A stretch of 32,729 bases of DNA from Chiloscyllium plagiosum (GCF_004010195.1 NW_025215152.1:1-32729), one strand, 5' to 3'; positions 1 to 12,032 are shown, numbered from the stretch's first letter. The notes: a model not told the origin generated them from the sequence alone. A program made the numbers and translations.

Positions 1-50
1 CTCTTCCAAGTCATTAATAAAAATTACAAACAGTAATTACAAACAGTGGA
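1..50 (-). mobile_element. CR1-type LINE reverse transcriptase fragment (continues off the left edge)
   Basis: The reverse complement of 1-33 translates LFVIFINDLEE, the CR1 RT segment just before the catalytic motif. A 13-bp tandem duplication AATTACAAACAGT lies at the junction with the satellite. Confidence 0.65.
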
Positions 51-1558
51 GTCTGGGGTTGTATTCACAGTGTCTCTAGATCTAAACCGACTCTTGGTGG
101 TGTTTTTGGGGGCTGAATTCATGGTTAATTTGGGTCTGAGCTGACCCTGGATTGGGTAGAGAGGCCTAATTCACAGTGAATCTGCGTCTGAGGTAACCTT
201 GGGCTGCTTATGGGGGGCGGAGGGGAGTTCACAGTGAATCTGAGTCTGAGCTGACTGTGGTTGAGGTATGGGGTTGTATTCAAAGTGAATTTGGGTGTGA
301 GCTGATTCTGCTGGGGTATGGGGGCTGTATTCACACTGAGTCTTGGTCTGAGCTAACCCTGGGTGGTGTATGGGGGTCTATGTTCACAGTGAATCTGCGT
401 CTGAGCTGACCCTGGGTGTGGTATGAGGTATGTATTCACAGGGAATCTGTGTCTGAGCTGACCCTGCGTGCTGTATGAGGGCTGTATTCACATTGATGTC
501 TTGGTCTTACCTAACACTGGGTGGTGTATGGGGTCTATGTTCACAGTGAATCTGGGTCTGAGCTGACCCTGGGTGTGGTATGGGGTATGTATTCACAGGG
601 AATCTGTGTCTGAGCTGACCCTGCATGGTGTATGGGGGCTGTATTCACAGTGAATCTGGGTCTCACCTAACCCTGGGTGGTGTATGGGGTCTATGTTCAC
701 TGGGAATCCATGTCTGAGCTGACCAAGTGTGGTGTATGGAGGCTGTATTCACAGTGAATCTGAGTCTCACCTAACCCTGGGTGGGTACGGGAGCTGTACT
801 CCCAGTGAATCTGGGGCTGAGCTGACACTAGGTAGGGTATGGGGGATGCATTCACTTAGAATCTAGGTCTGGGCTGACCTTGGGTGGGGTCTGGGTGCTG
901 TATTCACAGTGAATCTGAGTCTGAGCTAACTCTGTGTGGGGTGTGGGGGATGTATTCACAGTGAATCTGGGTCTGAGCTGACCCTGGGTGGGTACTGGGG
1001 GATGCATTCACATTGGATCTGTGTCTGAACCAACCGTGGATTGGGAATGTGGGCTGTATTCACAGTGAATCTGGATCCGAGCTGACTCATGGTGGGGTCT
1101 TGGGGGCTGTATTCAAAATGAATATAGGTCTGAGCTAACCCTGGTGAGTTATGGGGCTGCATGAACAGTGAATCTGGGTCTGAGTTGACCGTTGTTGGGA
1201 TAAGGGGGCTGTATTATCAGTGAATCTGGATCTGACTTGACCATGCGTGGGTTGTTTGTGGGTACGTATTCACAGTGAATCTGGGTCTGAACTGACCCTG
1301 GACAGGGTATGTAAGCTGTATTCACAGTAAATCTGGGTCTGAACTGACCCTGGATGGGGTATGTGGGCTGTATTCACAGTGAATCTGGGTCTGAACTGAC
1401 CCTGGACGGGGTATGTAAGCTGTATTCACAGTGAATCTGGGTCTAAGGTAAATCTGGGTATGTATGGGGCTTTATTCACAAACGTGGGTCTGCGCTAAGC
1501 CTGCCTGGGGCATGCGGGCTGCATTCACTGTGAATCTGGGTCTGAGCTACCCTGGGTT

Positions 1559-1866
1559 TTTAGATTAGATGGCATTACAGTGTGGAAACAGACCCTTCGG
1601 CCCAACAAGTCCACACCGACCCGCCGAAGCGCAACCCACCCATACCCCTACATTTACCCCTTACCTAACACTACGGGCAATTTAGCATGGCCAATTCACC
1701 TGACTGCACATCTTTGGACTGTGGGAGGAAACCGGAGCACCCAGAGGAAACCCACGCAGACACGGGGAGAACGTGCAAACTCCACACAGTCAATCGCCTG
1801 AGGCGGGAATTGAACCCGGGTCTCCGGCGCTGTGAGGCAGCAGTGCTAACCACTAAGCCACCGTGC
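1559..1866 (-). mobile_element. tRNA-derived V-SINE, HE1-like (elasmobranch)
   Basis: The minus-strand head has Pol III A box TGGCTTAGTGG (1850-1860) and B box GGTTCAATTCC (1806-1816). The central V-domain reads GGAGTTTGCACGTTCTCCCCGTGTCTGCGTGGGTTTCCTCTGGGTGCTCCGGTTTCCTCCCACAGTCCAAAGA. The CR1-like 3' tail GGGCCGAAGGGTCTGTTTCCACACTGTA ends in TCTAA repeats. Confidence 0.92.
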
Positions 1867-3864
1867 TGGGTCTGGGCTGACCCTGGGTTGGGTATGCGGC
1901 GGTATTCACAGTGAATCTGTGTCTGAGCTGATCCTAGTGGGGTTTTGGGCACTTTATTCACAGTGAATCGGGGTCTGACCTAACTGTGGTGGGATATGGG
2001 GGTGTACTAACAGTGCATCTGGGTGTGAGCTGACACTGGGTGGTATATGGAAGCTGTATTCAAAGTGCATCTGTGTCTCAGCTAACCCTGGATGTACTCA
2101 CAGTGAATCTGGTTCTGAGCTGACCCTGGGTGTGATATGAGGGGTGTATTCACTGTGAATCTGGGTCTGAACTGATTCTAGATGGGGTATGGGGGCTGTA
2201 TTCACAGTGAATCTGTGTCTGAGCTGACCCTGAGTGATGTATAGGGACTGTATTCACAGTGAATCTGGGTCTCAGCTAACCCTGGGTGGAGTAAGGGAGC
2301 TGTACTCCCAGTGAATCTGGGGCTAAGTTGACACTAGGTAGCGTATGGGGAATGCATTCACTGAGAATCTAGGTCTGGGCTGATCTTGGGTGGGGTCTGG
2401 GTGCTGTATTCACAGTGAATCTGTGTCTGAGCTGACCTTGGGTGTGATAAAGGAGATGTATTCACAGTGAATCTGGGTCTGGACTGACCGTGGGTGGGGA
2501 ATCTGAGCTGTATTCACAGTGAACGTGGGTCTGAACCGACCCTGGGTGGGAATGGGGCTATATTAACAGTGAATCTGGGTCTGAGCTGACTTTTGGTGGG
2601 ATAAGGGGGTGTTAAATTCACAGTGAATCTGGATTTGAGTTGACCCTGGGTGAGATATTGGGGCTGTATTCAGAGAGAATTTGTGTCTGAGCTGACGCTG
2701 GGTGGAGTATGTGGGCTGTATTCACAGTGAATCTGGGTCTAAGCTGACCCTGGATGCGGTATGGGGGTTGTATTCACAGTGAACCTGGGACTGAGCTGAC
2801 GTTGGGTGGAGTATGGGGATGTATTAACAATGAATCTAGGTCTGAGCTTACTCTTTGTGGGGTATGGGGTTATATTCAGAGAGAATCTGTGTCTGAGCTC
2901 ACCCTGGGAGGAGTATGTGGGCTGTATTCATAGTGAAATGTGTCTGAGGTGAGCGTGCGTGGCATATTTTTGGGGATGTATTCACAGTGAACTGAGGTCT
3001 GAGCTGACCCTGGGTGGGGTATTCGGTGTGTTCACAGTGAATCTGGGTCTGAGCTAACACTGGGTGGGGTGTGGGGACTGTATTCACAGTGAATCTGTTT
3101 CTGAGATAACCCTGGGTGGGGCATAGTGGATGTATTTACACTGGATCCAAGTCTGAGCTGACCCTGGGTGCAGTATGGGGGCTGTATTCACAGTGAATCT
3201 GGGTCTGAGCTAACCCTGTGTGTGGTATGGGGACTGTATTCAAAATGAATCTGGGTCTGACCTATACCTGGTGGGGTAAGGGGGCTGTATTCGCAGTGAG
3301 TCTGTATCTGAGCTGACCCTGGGTGGGGAATGGGGCTGTATTTGCAGGGAATCTGGGTCAGAGCTAACCCTGCATGGCATGTGTGTGATGTATTCACAGT
3401 AAATCTATTTCTGAGCTGATCCTGGGTGGGAGAGAGGAGCTGTATTCACAGTGACTCTGTGTCTGAGCTGACACTGGTTGGGATATGGGGGCTGTGTTCA
3501 CAGTGAACCTGGGTCTCAGCTGACCCTGGGTTGGGTATGGTGGCTGTGTTCTCATTGAGTCAGGTCTGAGCTGACCCTGGGTGGGGTATGGAGGCTGTAT
3601 TCACAGAGAATCTGGACTTAGCTGCCCCTGAGTTGGGTATAAGGTTTTATTCACAGTAAATCTGTTTCTGTGCTCACCCTGGGTGGGATATCGGAGCTGT
3701 ATTCATAATGAGTCTGAGTCCCAGCTGACGCTGGTTGGGGTATGGGTGCTGTGCTCACAGTGGATCTGGGTCTGACCTCACCCTGGGTTTGTGAAGGTTA
3801 GTAGCTCAGGTTGAGGTTTAGGGTGGAGGTTTGCTCGCTGAGCTGTGGGTTTGATATCCAAACA

Positions 3865-5132
3865 CATCTAGATCAATGTGTTTGTTTATGGTGTTGTGGT
3901 TGGAGTGCCAGGCCTCGAGGAATTCTCTGGCATGTTTTTGCTTAGCCTGTCCCAGGATAGATGTGTTGTCCCAGTCAAAATGGTGGTTTTTTTCATCCGT
4001 GTGTAGGGCTACGAGGGAGAGAGGGTCGTGTCTTTTTGTGGCTAGCTGGTGTTCATGTATCCTGGTGGCTAACTTTCTTCCTGTTTGTCCTACGTAGTGT
4101 TTGTGGCTGTCCTTGCATGGAATTTTGTAGATGACGTTGGTTTTGTCCATGGGTTGTACTGGGTCTTTTAAGTTAGTTTTTGTTTGAGAGTGTTGGTGAG
4201 TTTGTGTGCTACTAGGGTTCTGAGGGGTCTCAGTAGTCTGGCTGTCATTTCTGAAAATTCTTTGATGTTTGGTAAGGTGGTTAGGGTTTCTGGCTGTGTT
4301 TGGTCTGCTTGTCGTGGTTTGTTCTTGAGGAGTCTGCGGACTGTATTTTTTGAGTATCCGTTCTTCTTGAATACGTTGTTTAGGTGGTTCTCCTCTGTTT
4401 TCCGAAGTTTGTCTGTGCTGCAGCGTGTGGTGGCTCGTTGGAATAGCGTTCTGAAACAGCTTTGTTTGTGTGTGTTGGGATGGTTGCTGGTGTAGTTAAG
4501 TATTTGGTCAGTGTTTGTCGGTTTTCTGTTTACGCAGGTTTGTAGTTCTCTCTTGTCCTTTCTTTCGACTGTGACGTCCAGGAATGCGAGTTTGTTGTCA
4601 GTTTCTTCCTCCTTGGTGAACTTTATGCCTGTGAGGGTGTTGTTGATGATGTTAAATGTCTCTTCTATCTTGTTTCGTTTTGTGATGACAAATGTGTCAT
4701 CTATGTAGCAGACCCAGATTTTTGGTTTGATGGTAAGGCCTTTGCATTTTTGCTTCTGCTATGAATCCTGATAGCGGAGATCCCATGGGTGTGCCGTTGA
4801 AAGTGAAGTGGGTGGTGAGGCACAGGACCACTAGCTTCATGATGTTTTCGTTGGTAATGTGATTGATGGTGGTTGGTGTGTGTGTGAGATGGTCTCTTCT
4901 AAAAGTGTGGCGAGTGTTTCCTTTGCCAGGTCGGTGTTGATGGAGGTGAACAGTGCTGTTACATCGAATGAGATCATTGCTTCGTCTTCCTCTATCTTGG
5001 TGTTTCTGATGACTTTTAGGAATTCCTGGGTGGAGTGGATGGAGTGTTGTGACTCTTCTACTAGGTACTTCAGTATTGCGTGTAGTTCTTTGGCCAGTCT
5101 GTAAGTTGGTGTTCTGGGTAGTGAGACTATAG
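3865..5132 (-). pseudogene. Penelope-like RT + GIY-YIG endonuclease ORF remnant
   Basis: Minus-strand motifs are MISFDVTALFTSI, GTPMGSPLSG, WVCYIDDTFV (YIDD at 4696-4707) and LAFLDVTV, followed by the GIY-YIG region VIYKIPCKDSHKHYVGQTGRKLATRIHEH...AREFLEAWHS. The frame is broken, with apparent deletions. Confidence 0.9.
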
Positions 5133-6062
5133 NNNNNNNNNNNNNNNNNNNNNNNNNNNNNNNNNNNNNNNNNNNNNNNNNNNNNNNNNNNNNNNNNNNN
5201 NNNNNNNNNNNNNNNNNNNNNNNNNNNNNNNNNNNNNNNNNNNNNNNNNNNNNNNNNNNNNNNNNNNNNNNNNNNNNNNNNNNNNNNNNNNNNNNNNNNN
5301 NNNNNNNNNNNNNNNNNNNNNNNNNNNNNNNNNNNNNNNNNNNNNNNNNNNNNNNNNNNNNNNNNNNNNNNNNNNNNNNNNNNNNNNNNNNNNNNNNNNN
5401 NNNNNNNNNNNNNNNNNNNNNNNNNNNNNNNNNNNNNNNNNNNNNNNNNNNNNNNNNNNNNNNNNNNNNNNNNNNNNNNNNNNNNNNNNNNNNNNNNNNN
5501 NNNNNNNNNNNNNNNNNNNNNNNNNNNNNNNNNNNNNNNNNNNNNNNNNNNNNNNNNNNNNNNNNNNNNNNNNNNNNNNNNNNNNNNNNNNNNNNNNNNN
5601 NNNNNNNNNNNNNNNNNNNNNNNNNNNNNNNNNNNNNNNNNNNNNNNNNNNNNNNNNNNNNNNNNNNNNNNNNNNNNNNNNNNNNNNNNNNNNNNNNNNN
5701 NNNNNNNNNNNNNNNNNNNNNNNNNNNNNNNNNNNNNNNNNNNNNNNNNNNNNNNNNNNNNNNNNNNNNNNNNNNNNNNNNNNNNNNNNNNNNNNNNNNN
5801 NNNNNNNNNNNNNNNNNNNNNNNNNNNNNNNNNNNNNNNNNNNNNNNNNNNNNNNNNNNNNNNNNNNNNNNNNNNNNNNNNNNNNNNNNNNNNNNNNNNN
5901 NNNNNNNNNNNNNNNNNNNNNNNNNNNNNNNNNNNNNNNNNNNNNNNNNNNNNNNNNNNNNNNNNNNNNNNNNNNNNNNNNNNNNNNNNNNNNNNNNNNN
6001 NNNNNNNNNNNNNNNNNNNNNNNNNNNNNNNNNNNNNNNNNNNNNNNNNNNNNNNNNNNNNN
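5133..6062. other. Assembly gap (others at 17638-17881, 24883-25763 and 27237-27881)
   Basis: Runs of N. Confidence 1.
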
Positions 6063-6601
6063 ACTAGTACCGCTTCTTCTGTGTCTGATAGGGTCCGGTC
6101 TGATAAGTTTTTTAATTGCCCGTGTTATCGGTTTTGTCTTTGTTTGTGAGTTGGTCCAGTTTTTTCTTCAGGTCCCGATTTTTCTTTATCTGTGTTTGTT
6201 GTTGTTTGGTGTTTATGGCTCGTTCTACCGCGTCTGTCCATTCTTGATTTGTTGCTTGTTTGAATAACGGTTAGCCACCAGGATACATGAACACCAGCTA
6301 GCCACAAAAAGACACGACCCTCTCTCCCTTGTAGCCCTACACACGGATGAAAAAAACCCACCATTTCAACTGGGACAACACATCTATCCTGGGACAGGCT
6401 AAGCAAAGACATGCCAGAGAATTCCTAGAGGCCTGGCACTCCAACCACAACGCTATAAACAAACACATAGATCAAGATACCATCTATCAACCCCTCAGAA
6501 AACGAACAGGAAATGACATCACCACAAACCCCAGGAACCCCATCCAGGAGAAAGATATAAATGGAAAGCCGGAGACAACAGCTTTGTTTCACTTGGAGGT
6601 C

Positions 6602-6643
6602 GTCACTGATGATGTTACCTAGCCAGGTAATGAAACATCTGGA
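6602..6643 (+). ncRNA. Minimal type I hammerhead ribozyme motif (decayed) in the Penelope-like pLTR
   Basis: CTGATGA (6606-6612), T, stem II GTTACCT/AGGTAAT with loop AGCC, GAAAC (6632-6636), ATC, short stem I TCA/TGG. Two positions look like CpG decay from ...GGTAAC-GAAACGTC. A TATAAA lies upstream at 6556-6561. Confidence 0.75.
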
Positions 6644-9077
6644 TATCAAATCTACAACTCAGCGAGCAAACCTACACCCCCACCCCTCACCCTGGGTGTA
6701 GAACGGGGGCTATATTCACTGTGAATCTGGGATTGAGCTAACCCTGGGTGCGTTATGGGAGGTGTATTAACAGTGAATGTCGGTCTGAGCTAACCGTCGG
6801 TGGAGAATGGGGGATGTAATCACAGTAAATCTATTTGTGAGCTGACCCTGGGTGCGATGCAGGTGATATATTCATAATGAGTCTGTGTAGGAGCTGACCC
6901 TGTTTGGGGTATGGGGGCTGTATTCACAGTGAATCTGGGTCTGAGCTGACCCTGGGTGGGGATTTGGGGTTTGTATTCACAGTGAATCGGGGTCTGAGCT
7001 GACCCTGGGTGGCTTATGAAAGCTGTATACACAGTATTCTGGGTCTGAGCTGACCCTGGGTGGGGATTTGGGGTTTGTATTCACAGTGAATCTGGCTCTG
7101 AGCTGACCCTGGGTGGGGATTTGGGGTTTGTATTCACAGTGAATCTGGCTCTGAGCTGACCCTGGGTGAGGAATGAAGGTTGTATTCACAGTGAATCTGG
7201 GTATGAGCTAACTGTCGGTGGAGAATGGGGGATATAATCATCGTAAATGTATTTGTGAGCTGACCCTGGGTGCGATTCCGCTGCTGTATTCGCAGTGACT
7301 CTGTATCTGAGCTGACCCTGTTTGGGGTATGGGGGCTGTATTCACAGTGTATCTGGGTCTGAGCTGACCCTGGGTTGGGTAAGGTGGATGTATTCACAGT
7401 GAATCTGCGTCTGAGCTGATCCTGAGTAGTGTACGGTGTCTGTATTCATCGTGAAACTGGGTCAGAGCTTACCCTGGGTGGGTACAGGGGCTGTATTCGG
7501 AGTGACTGTGTCTGAGTTGACCCTGGATGGGGTATGTTGGATGTATGTACAGTGAATCTGTATCTGAGCTGACCCTGTGTGATGTATGGGGGTTGTATTC
7601 GCAGTGCATCTGGGTCTCAGTTGACTCTGGGTGTGTATGGGGACTGTACTCACGTTGAATTTGGGACTGAGCTGACCCTGGGGACTGTAATCCAGTGAAC
7701 CTGGGTCTGTGCTGACCCTGGGTTGAGTATGGAGGCTGTATTCACAGTGAATCTGGGTCTAAGCTGACCCTAGTTAGGTTATGGGGGATGTGTTCACAGT
7801 GAATCCGTGTCTAAGCTGACCCATGGTAGGGTATGAAAGTTGTACTCACAGTGAATCTGGGTCTGAGCTGGCCCTGAGTCAGATATGGGGGCTGTATTTA
7901 CCGTGAATCTGAGTCTGATCTGACCATGGGTGGGACATAGGAGCTGTATTCACATTTAGTCTGAGTCTCAGCTGATGCTGGTTGGGGTATGGGTGCTGTG
8001 CTCACAGTGAATCTGGGATTGAGCTGACCCTGGGAGCAGTATGGGGGATGTATTCACAGTAAATCTGGAACTGAGCTAACTGTCGGTGGAGTATGGGGGA
8101 AGTAATCACAGTAAATCTGTTTGTGAACCGACCCTGGGGTAAGGGTGGATGTATTCACAGTCAATCTGGTTTTGAGCTGACGCTGGATGAGGTTTTGGGG
8201 GATGTATTCACACTGAATCTGGGTCTCAGCTGACTCTGCTTGGGGTGTGTTGGCTGTATTCAAATTGAATCTGGGTCTGAGCTGACCCTGGCTAGGGTAT
8301 GGGGCAGCATTCACTGTGATTCTGGGGCTGAGCAGGCCCTCCATGGGTATGAAGGCTGTATTCACAGTGAATCTGGGTCTGAGCTGACCCTGGTGGGGTA
8401 GGGGGGTTTTATTCACAGTAAATCTGTTTCTATGCTGAACCTGGGTGGGATATCGGAGCTGTATTCACATTGAGTCTGGGTCTCAGCTGACGCTGGTTGG
8501 GATATGGGTGCTGTGTTCACAGTGAATCAGGGTCTGAACTGACCCTGGGTGTGGTATGGGGGCTGTATTCACAGTGAATCTGGGTCTGAGCTGACCCTGA
8601 TTGAGGATGGGGGCTGTATTCACAGTCAATCTGGGTTTGTCCTAACCCTGTCTGTTGTATGGGGGCTGTATTCATAGTGAATCTGAGACTGAACTGACCC
8701 AGAATGGGTATGGGGACGGTATACAAAGTGACTCTGGGTCTGACCTAACCCTGGTAGGGTATGGGGGCTGTATTCGCAGAGAATCTGGCTCTGAGCTAAC
8801 CCTAGGTGGGAAATATGGGCTGTATTCACAGTGAGTCTGGATTTGAGCTGTCCCTGGGTGGGGTATGTGAGATGTATTCACAGTGAATCTCAGTCTGAGC
8901 TGACCCTGAGTGTGGTATGGGGTATATTCACAGTGAATGTGGGGCTCAGCTGACCCTAGTTAGGGATTGGCTCTGTATTGACAGTGAATCTGAGTTTGAG
9001 CTGGCTCTGAGTGTAGTATGGGGGATGTATTCATAGCGAATCTGGGTCTGAGCTGACCCTGGGTGGGAAATATGGCT

Positions 9078-10653
9078 GTATACACAGTGAGTCTGGGTTT
9101 GAGCTGTCCCTGGGTGGGGTAAATGAGATGTATTCACAGTGAGTCTGGGTTTGAGCTGTCCCTGGGTGGGGTAAATGAGATGTATTCACAGTGAGTCTGG
9201 GTTTGAGCTGTCCCTGGGTGGGGTAAATGAGATGTATTCACAGTGAGTCTGGGTTTGAGCTGTCCCTGGGTGGGGTAAATGAGATGTATTCACAGTGAGT
9301 CTGGGTTTGAGCTGTCCCTGGGTGGGGTAAATGAGATGTATTCACAGTGAGTCTGGGTTTGAGCTGTCCCTGGGTGGGGTAAATGAGATGTATTCACAGT
9401 GAGTCTGGGTTTGAGCTGTCCCTGGGTGGGGTAAATGAGATGTATTCACAGTGAGTCTGGGTTTGAGCTGTCCCTGGGTGGGGTAAATGAGATGTATTCA
9501 CAGTGAGTCTGGGTTTGAGCTGTCCCTGGGTGGGGTAAATGAGATGTATTCACAGTGAGTCTGGGTTTGAGCTGTCCCTGGGTGGGGTAAATGAGATGTA
9601 TTCACAGTGAGTCTGGGTTTGAGCTGTCCCTGGGTGGGGTAAATGAGATGTATTCACAGTGAGTCTGGGTTTGAGCTGTCCCTGGGTGGGGTAAATGAGA
9701 TGTATTCACAGTGAGTCTGGGTTTGAGCTGTCCCTGGGTGGGGTAAATGAGATGTATTCACAGTGAGTCTGGGTTTGAGCTGTCCCTGGGTGGGGTAAAT
9801 GAGATGTATTCACAGTGAGTCTGGGTTTGAGCTGTCCCTGGGTGGGGTAAATGAGATGTATTCACAGTGAGTCTGGGTTTGAGCTGTCCCTGGGTGGGGT
9901 AAATGAGATGTATTCACAGTGAGTCTGGGTTTGAGCTGTCCCTGGGTGGGGTAAATGAGATGTATTCACAGTGAGTCTGGGTTTGAGCTGTCCCTGGGTG
10001 GGGTAAATGAGATGTATTCACAGTGAGTCTGGGTTTGAGCTGTCCCTGGGTGGGGTAAATGAGATGTATTCACAGTGAGTCTGGGTTTGAGCTGTCCCTG
10101 GGTGGGGTAAATGAGATGTATTCACAGTGAGTCTGGGTTTGAGCTGTCCCTGGGTGGGGTAAATGAGATGTATTCACAGTGAGTCTGGGTTTGAGCTGTC
10201 CCTGGGTGGGGTAAATGAGATGTATTCACAGTGAGTCTGGGTTTGAGCTGTCCCTGGGTGGGGTAAATGAGATGTATTCACAGTGAGTCTGGGTTTGAGC
10301 TGTCCCTGGGTGGGGTAAATGAGATGTATTCACAGTGAGTCTGGGTTTGAGCTGTCCCTGGGTGGGGTAAATGAGATGTATTCACAGTGAGTCTGGGTTT
10401 GAGCTGTCCCTGGGTGGGGTAAATGAGATGTATTCACAGTGAGTCTGGGTTTGAGCTGTCCCTGGGTGGGGTAAATGAGATGTATTCACAGTGAGTCTGG
10501 GTTTGAGCTGTCCCTGGGTGGGGTAAATGAGATGTATTCACAGTGAGTCTGGGTTTGAGCTGTCCCTGGGTGGGGTAAATGAGATGTATTCACAGTGAGT
10601 CTGGGTTTGAGCTGTCCCTGGGTGGGGTAAATGAGATGTATTCACAGTGAGTC
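9078..10653 (+). repeat. Homogeneous block of 30 essentially identical 52-bp satellite variants
   Basis: The unit GTATTCACAGTGAGTCTGGGTTTGAGCTGTCCCTGGGTGGGGTAAATGAGAT starts every 52 bp from 9078 to 10638 (1560 bp = 30 units), plus a partial unit. Confidence 0.95.
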
Positions 10654-11009
10654 CGCCGCTCCCTCACCACCAGATGCCTGGAGGAAGAACGCCTCATCTT
10701 CCGCCTTGGAACACTTCAACCCCAGGGCATCAATGTGGACTTCAGCAGTTTCCTCATTTCCCCTTCCCCCACCTCACCCTATTTCCAAACGTCCAGCTCA
10801 GCATTGTCCCCATGAGTTGTCCTACCTGCCTATCTTCTTTTCCATCTATCCACTCCACTCCCCACCCCCACCCTCCTCTAGCTTATCTCTCCACGCTTCA
10901 GGCTCTCTGCCTTTATTCCTGATGAAGGGCTTTTGCCCGAAACGTCGATTTTACTGCTCCTCGGGTGCAGCCTGAACTGCTGTGCTCTTCCAGCACCACT
11001 AATCCAGAA
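10654..11009 (+). mobile_element. 5'-truncated Penelope-like element of a second family (Neptune-like): GIY-YIG C-terminus plus pLTR
   Basis: A frame absent from the ORF track reads RRSLTTRCLEEERLIFRLGTLQPQGINVDFSSFLIS, the E..I..L.T..P.G.N C-terminal signature of Neptune-type GIY-YIG domains. It is followed by a pyrimidine-rich UTR and a hammerhead motif. Confidence 0.82.
10915..10950 (+). ncRNA. Minimal type I hammerhead ribozyme motif, core intact
   Basis: ATTC-CTGATGA(10919-10925)-A-GGGC-TTTT-GCCC-GAAAC-GTC-GATT, with predicted cleavage after C10946. Helix III is reduced to palindromic ACGT, as in the dimeric hammerheads of Penelope-like elements. Confidence 0.85.
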
Positions 11010-11140
11010 AATGAGTATGAGTCTGTATTCACAATGAATCTGGGATTGAGCTATCCCTGAGTGCGGTATGGGGGCTGTATTCACAGCGAATCGGAGTGTG
11101 AGCTATCCCAGGTGGGGTAAGGGGGATGTATTCACGGTGA

Positions 11141-11394
11141 AGGTGAGGACTACAGATGCTGGGGATCAGAGCTTAAAAATGTGTTGTTGGAAAAGCGCAG
11201 CAGGTCAGGCAGCATCAAAGGAGAAGGAGAATCAACGTTTCGGGCATAAGCCCTTCTTCAGGAATTCTCTTGCAAGGATGCCTTCCTTGAAGAAGCTCTC
11301 CCCCACAAGGACATCTTAGCCTGACCTGCTGCGCTTTTCAAGCAACACGTTTTTAAGCTCTGATCCCCAGCATCTGCAGTCCTCACTTTCTCCT
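11141..11394. mobile_element. 254-bp fold-back pLTR-derived insertion carrying a minus-strand hammerhead
   Basis: Flanked by a 15-bp TSD ATGTATTCACGGTGA (11126-11140 and 11395-11409). Arms at about 11141-11210 and 11319-11394 are reverse complements. Confidence 0.88.
11230..11265 (-). ncRNA. Minimal hammerhead ribozyme motif
   Basis: Minus strand reads ATTC-CTGAAGA-A-GGGC-TTAT-GCCC-GAAAC-GTT-GATT (GUU cleavage triplet). Confidence 0.8.
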
Positions 11395-11822
11395 ATGTAT
11401 TCACGGTGACTCTGGGTCTGAGCTGACCCTGGATGGGGTAGGGGGGCTGTATTCACAGTGAATCTGAGTGTGAGCTATCCCTAGGTGGGGTAAGGGGGAT
11501 GTATTCACGGTGACTCTGGGTCTGAGCTGACCCTGCGGGGGTATGTTGGCTGTATTCACACTGAATCTAGGTCTTAGCTGACCTTGAGCGTGTATGGGGA
11601 CTGTATTCATGTTGAATCTGGGACTGAGCTGACCTTGGGTGGGATATGGGGCAGTATTCACAGTGATTCTGAGGTTGAGCTGACTCTTGGTGGGGTATGT
11701 TGGCTGTAATCCCAGTGAATCTGGGTCTGGGCTGACCCCAGTTAGGTTATGGGGGATGTATTCACAGTGAATCTGGGTCTGAGGTAACCATCGGTGGAGT
11801 ATGGGGGATATAATCACAGTAA

Positions 11823-12032
11823 GGAGAAAATGAGGACTGCAGATGCTGGAGATCAGAGCTGAAAATGTGTTGCTGGAAAAGCACAGCAGGTCAAGCAGCA
11901 ACCAAAGAGCAGGAGAATCGACGTTTCGGGCATGAACCCTTCTTCAGGAAGGGCTCATGCCCGAAACGTCGATTCCCCTGCTCCTTGGATGCTGCCTGAT
12001 CTGCTGCTCTTTTCCAGCAACACATTTTCAGC
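11823..12032. mobile_element. 210-bp palindromic pLTR-derived insertion with head-to-head hammerhead copies
   Basis: Flanked by a 14-bp TSD TATAATCACAGTAA (11809-11822 and 12033-12046). About 11858-11942 pairs with 11948-12032 around a 5-nt loop. Confidence 0.9.
11916..11950 (-). ncRNA. Minimal hammerhead ribozyme motif, core intact
   Basis: Minus strand reads TTC-CTGAAGA-A-GGGT-TCAT-GCCC-GAAAC-GTC-GATT. The plus-strand mirror copy from 11948 lacks the CTGA box. Confidence 0.82.

Larger units (their letters stand above)
3789..6684 (-). mobile_element. Penelope-like retroelement (Penelope/Poseidon-type), decayed, with an inverted partial copy at its right end
   Basis: RT and GIY-YIG remnants lie on the minus strand. 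6270-6684 is a plus-strand copy of the endonuclease C-terminus and terminal region. The whole structure is flanked by a 13-bp direct repeat CCTCACCCTGGGT (3776-3788 and 6685-6697). It spans an N gap at 5133-6062. Confidence 0.9.

Noticed and set aside
1800..1866. tRNA gene
   Set aside because: It is the tRNA-derived head of the V-SINE, continuous with the V-domain and LINE-like tail.
4184..5104. Plus-strand ORFs over the Penelope-like element, and similar ones over the CR1 and Tx1 copies
   Set aside because: They are antisense shadows of retroelement coding sequence.
11141..12032. MITE or DNA transposon interpretation of the inverted-repeat insertions
   Set aside because: The arms are unequal copies of a Penelope-like terminal sequence also found as single arms (12970-13099, 10915-11009). 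The TSDs are long and variable, which fits retrotransposition with inversion better.
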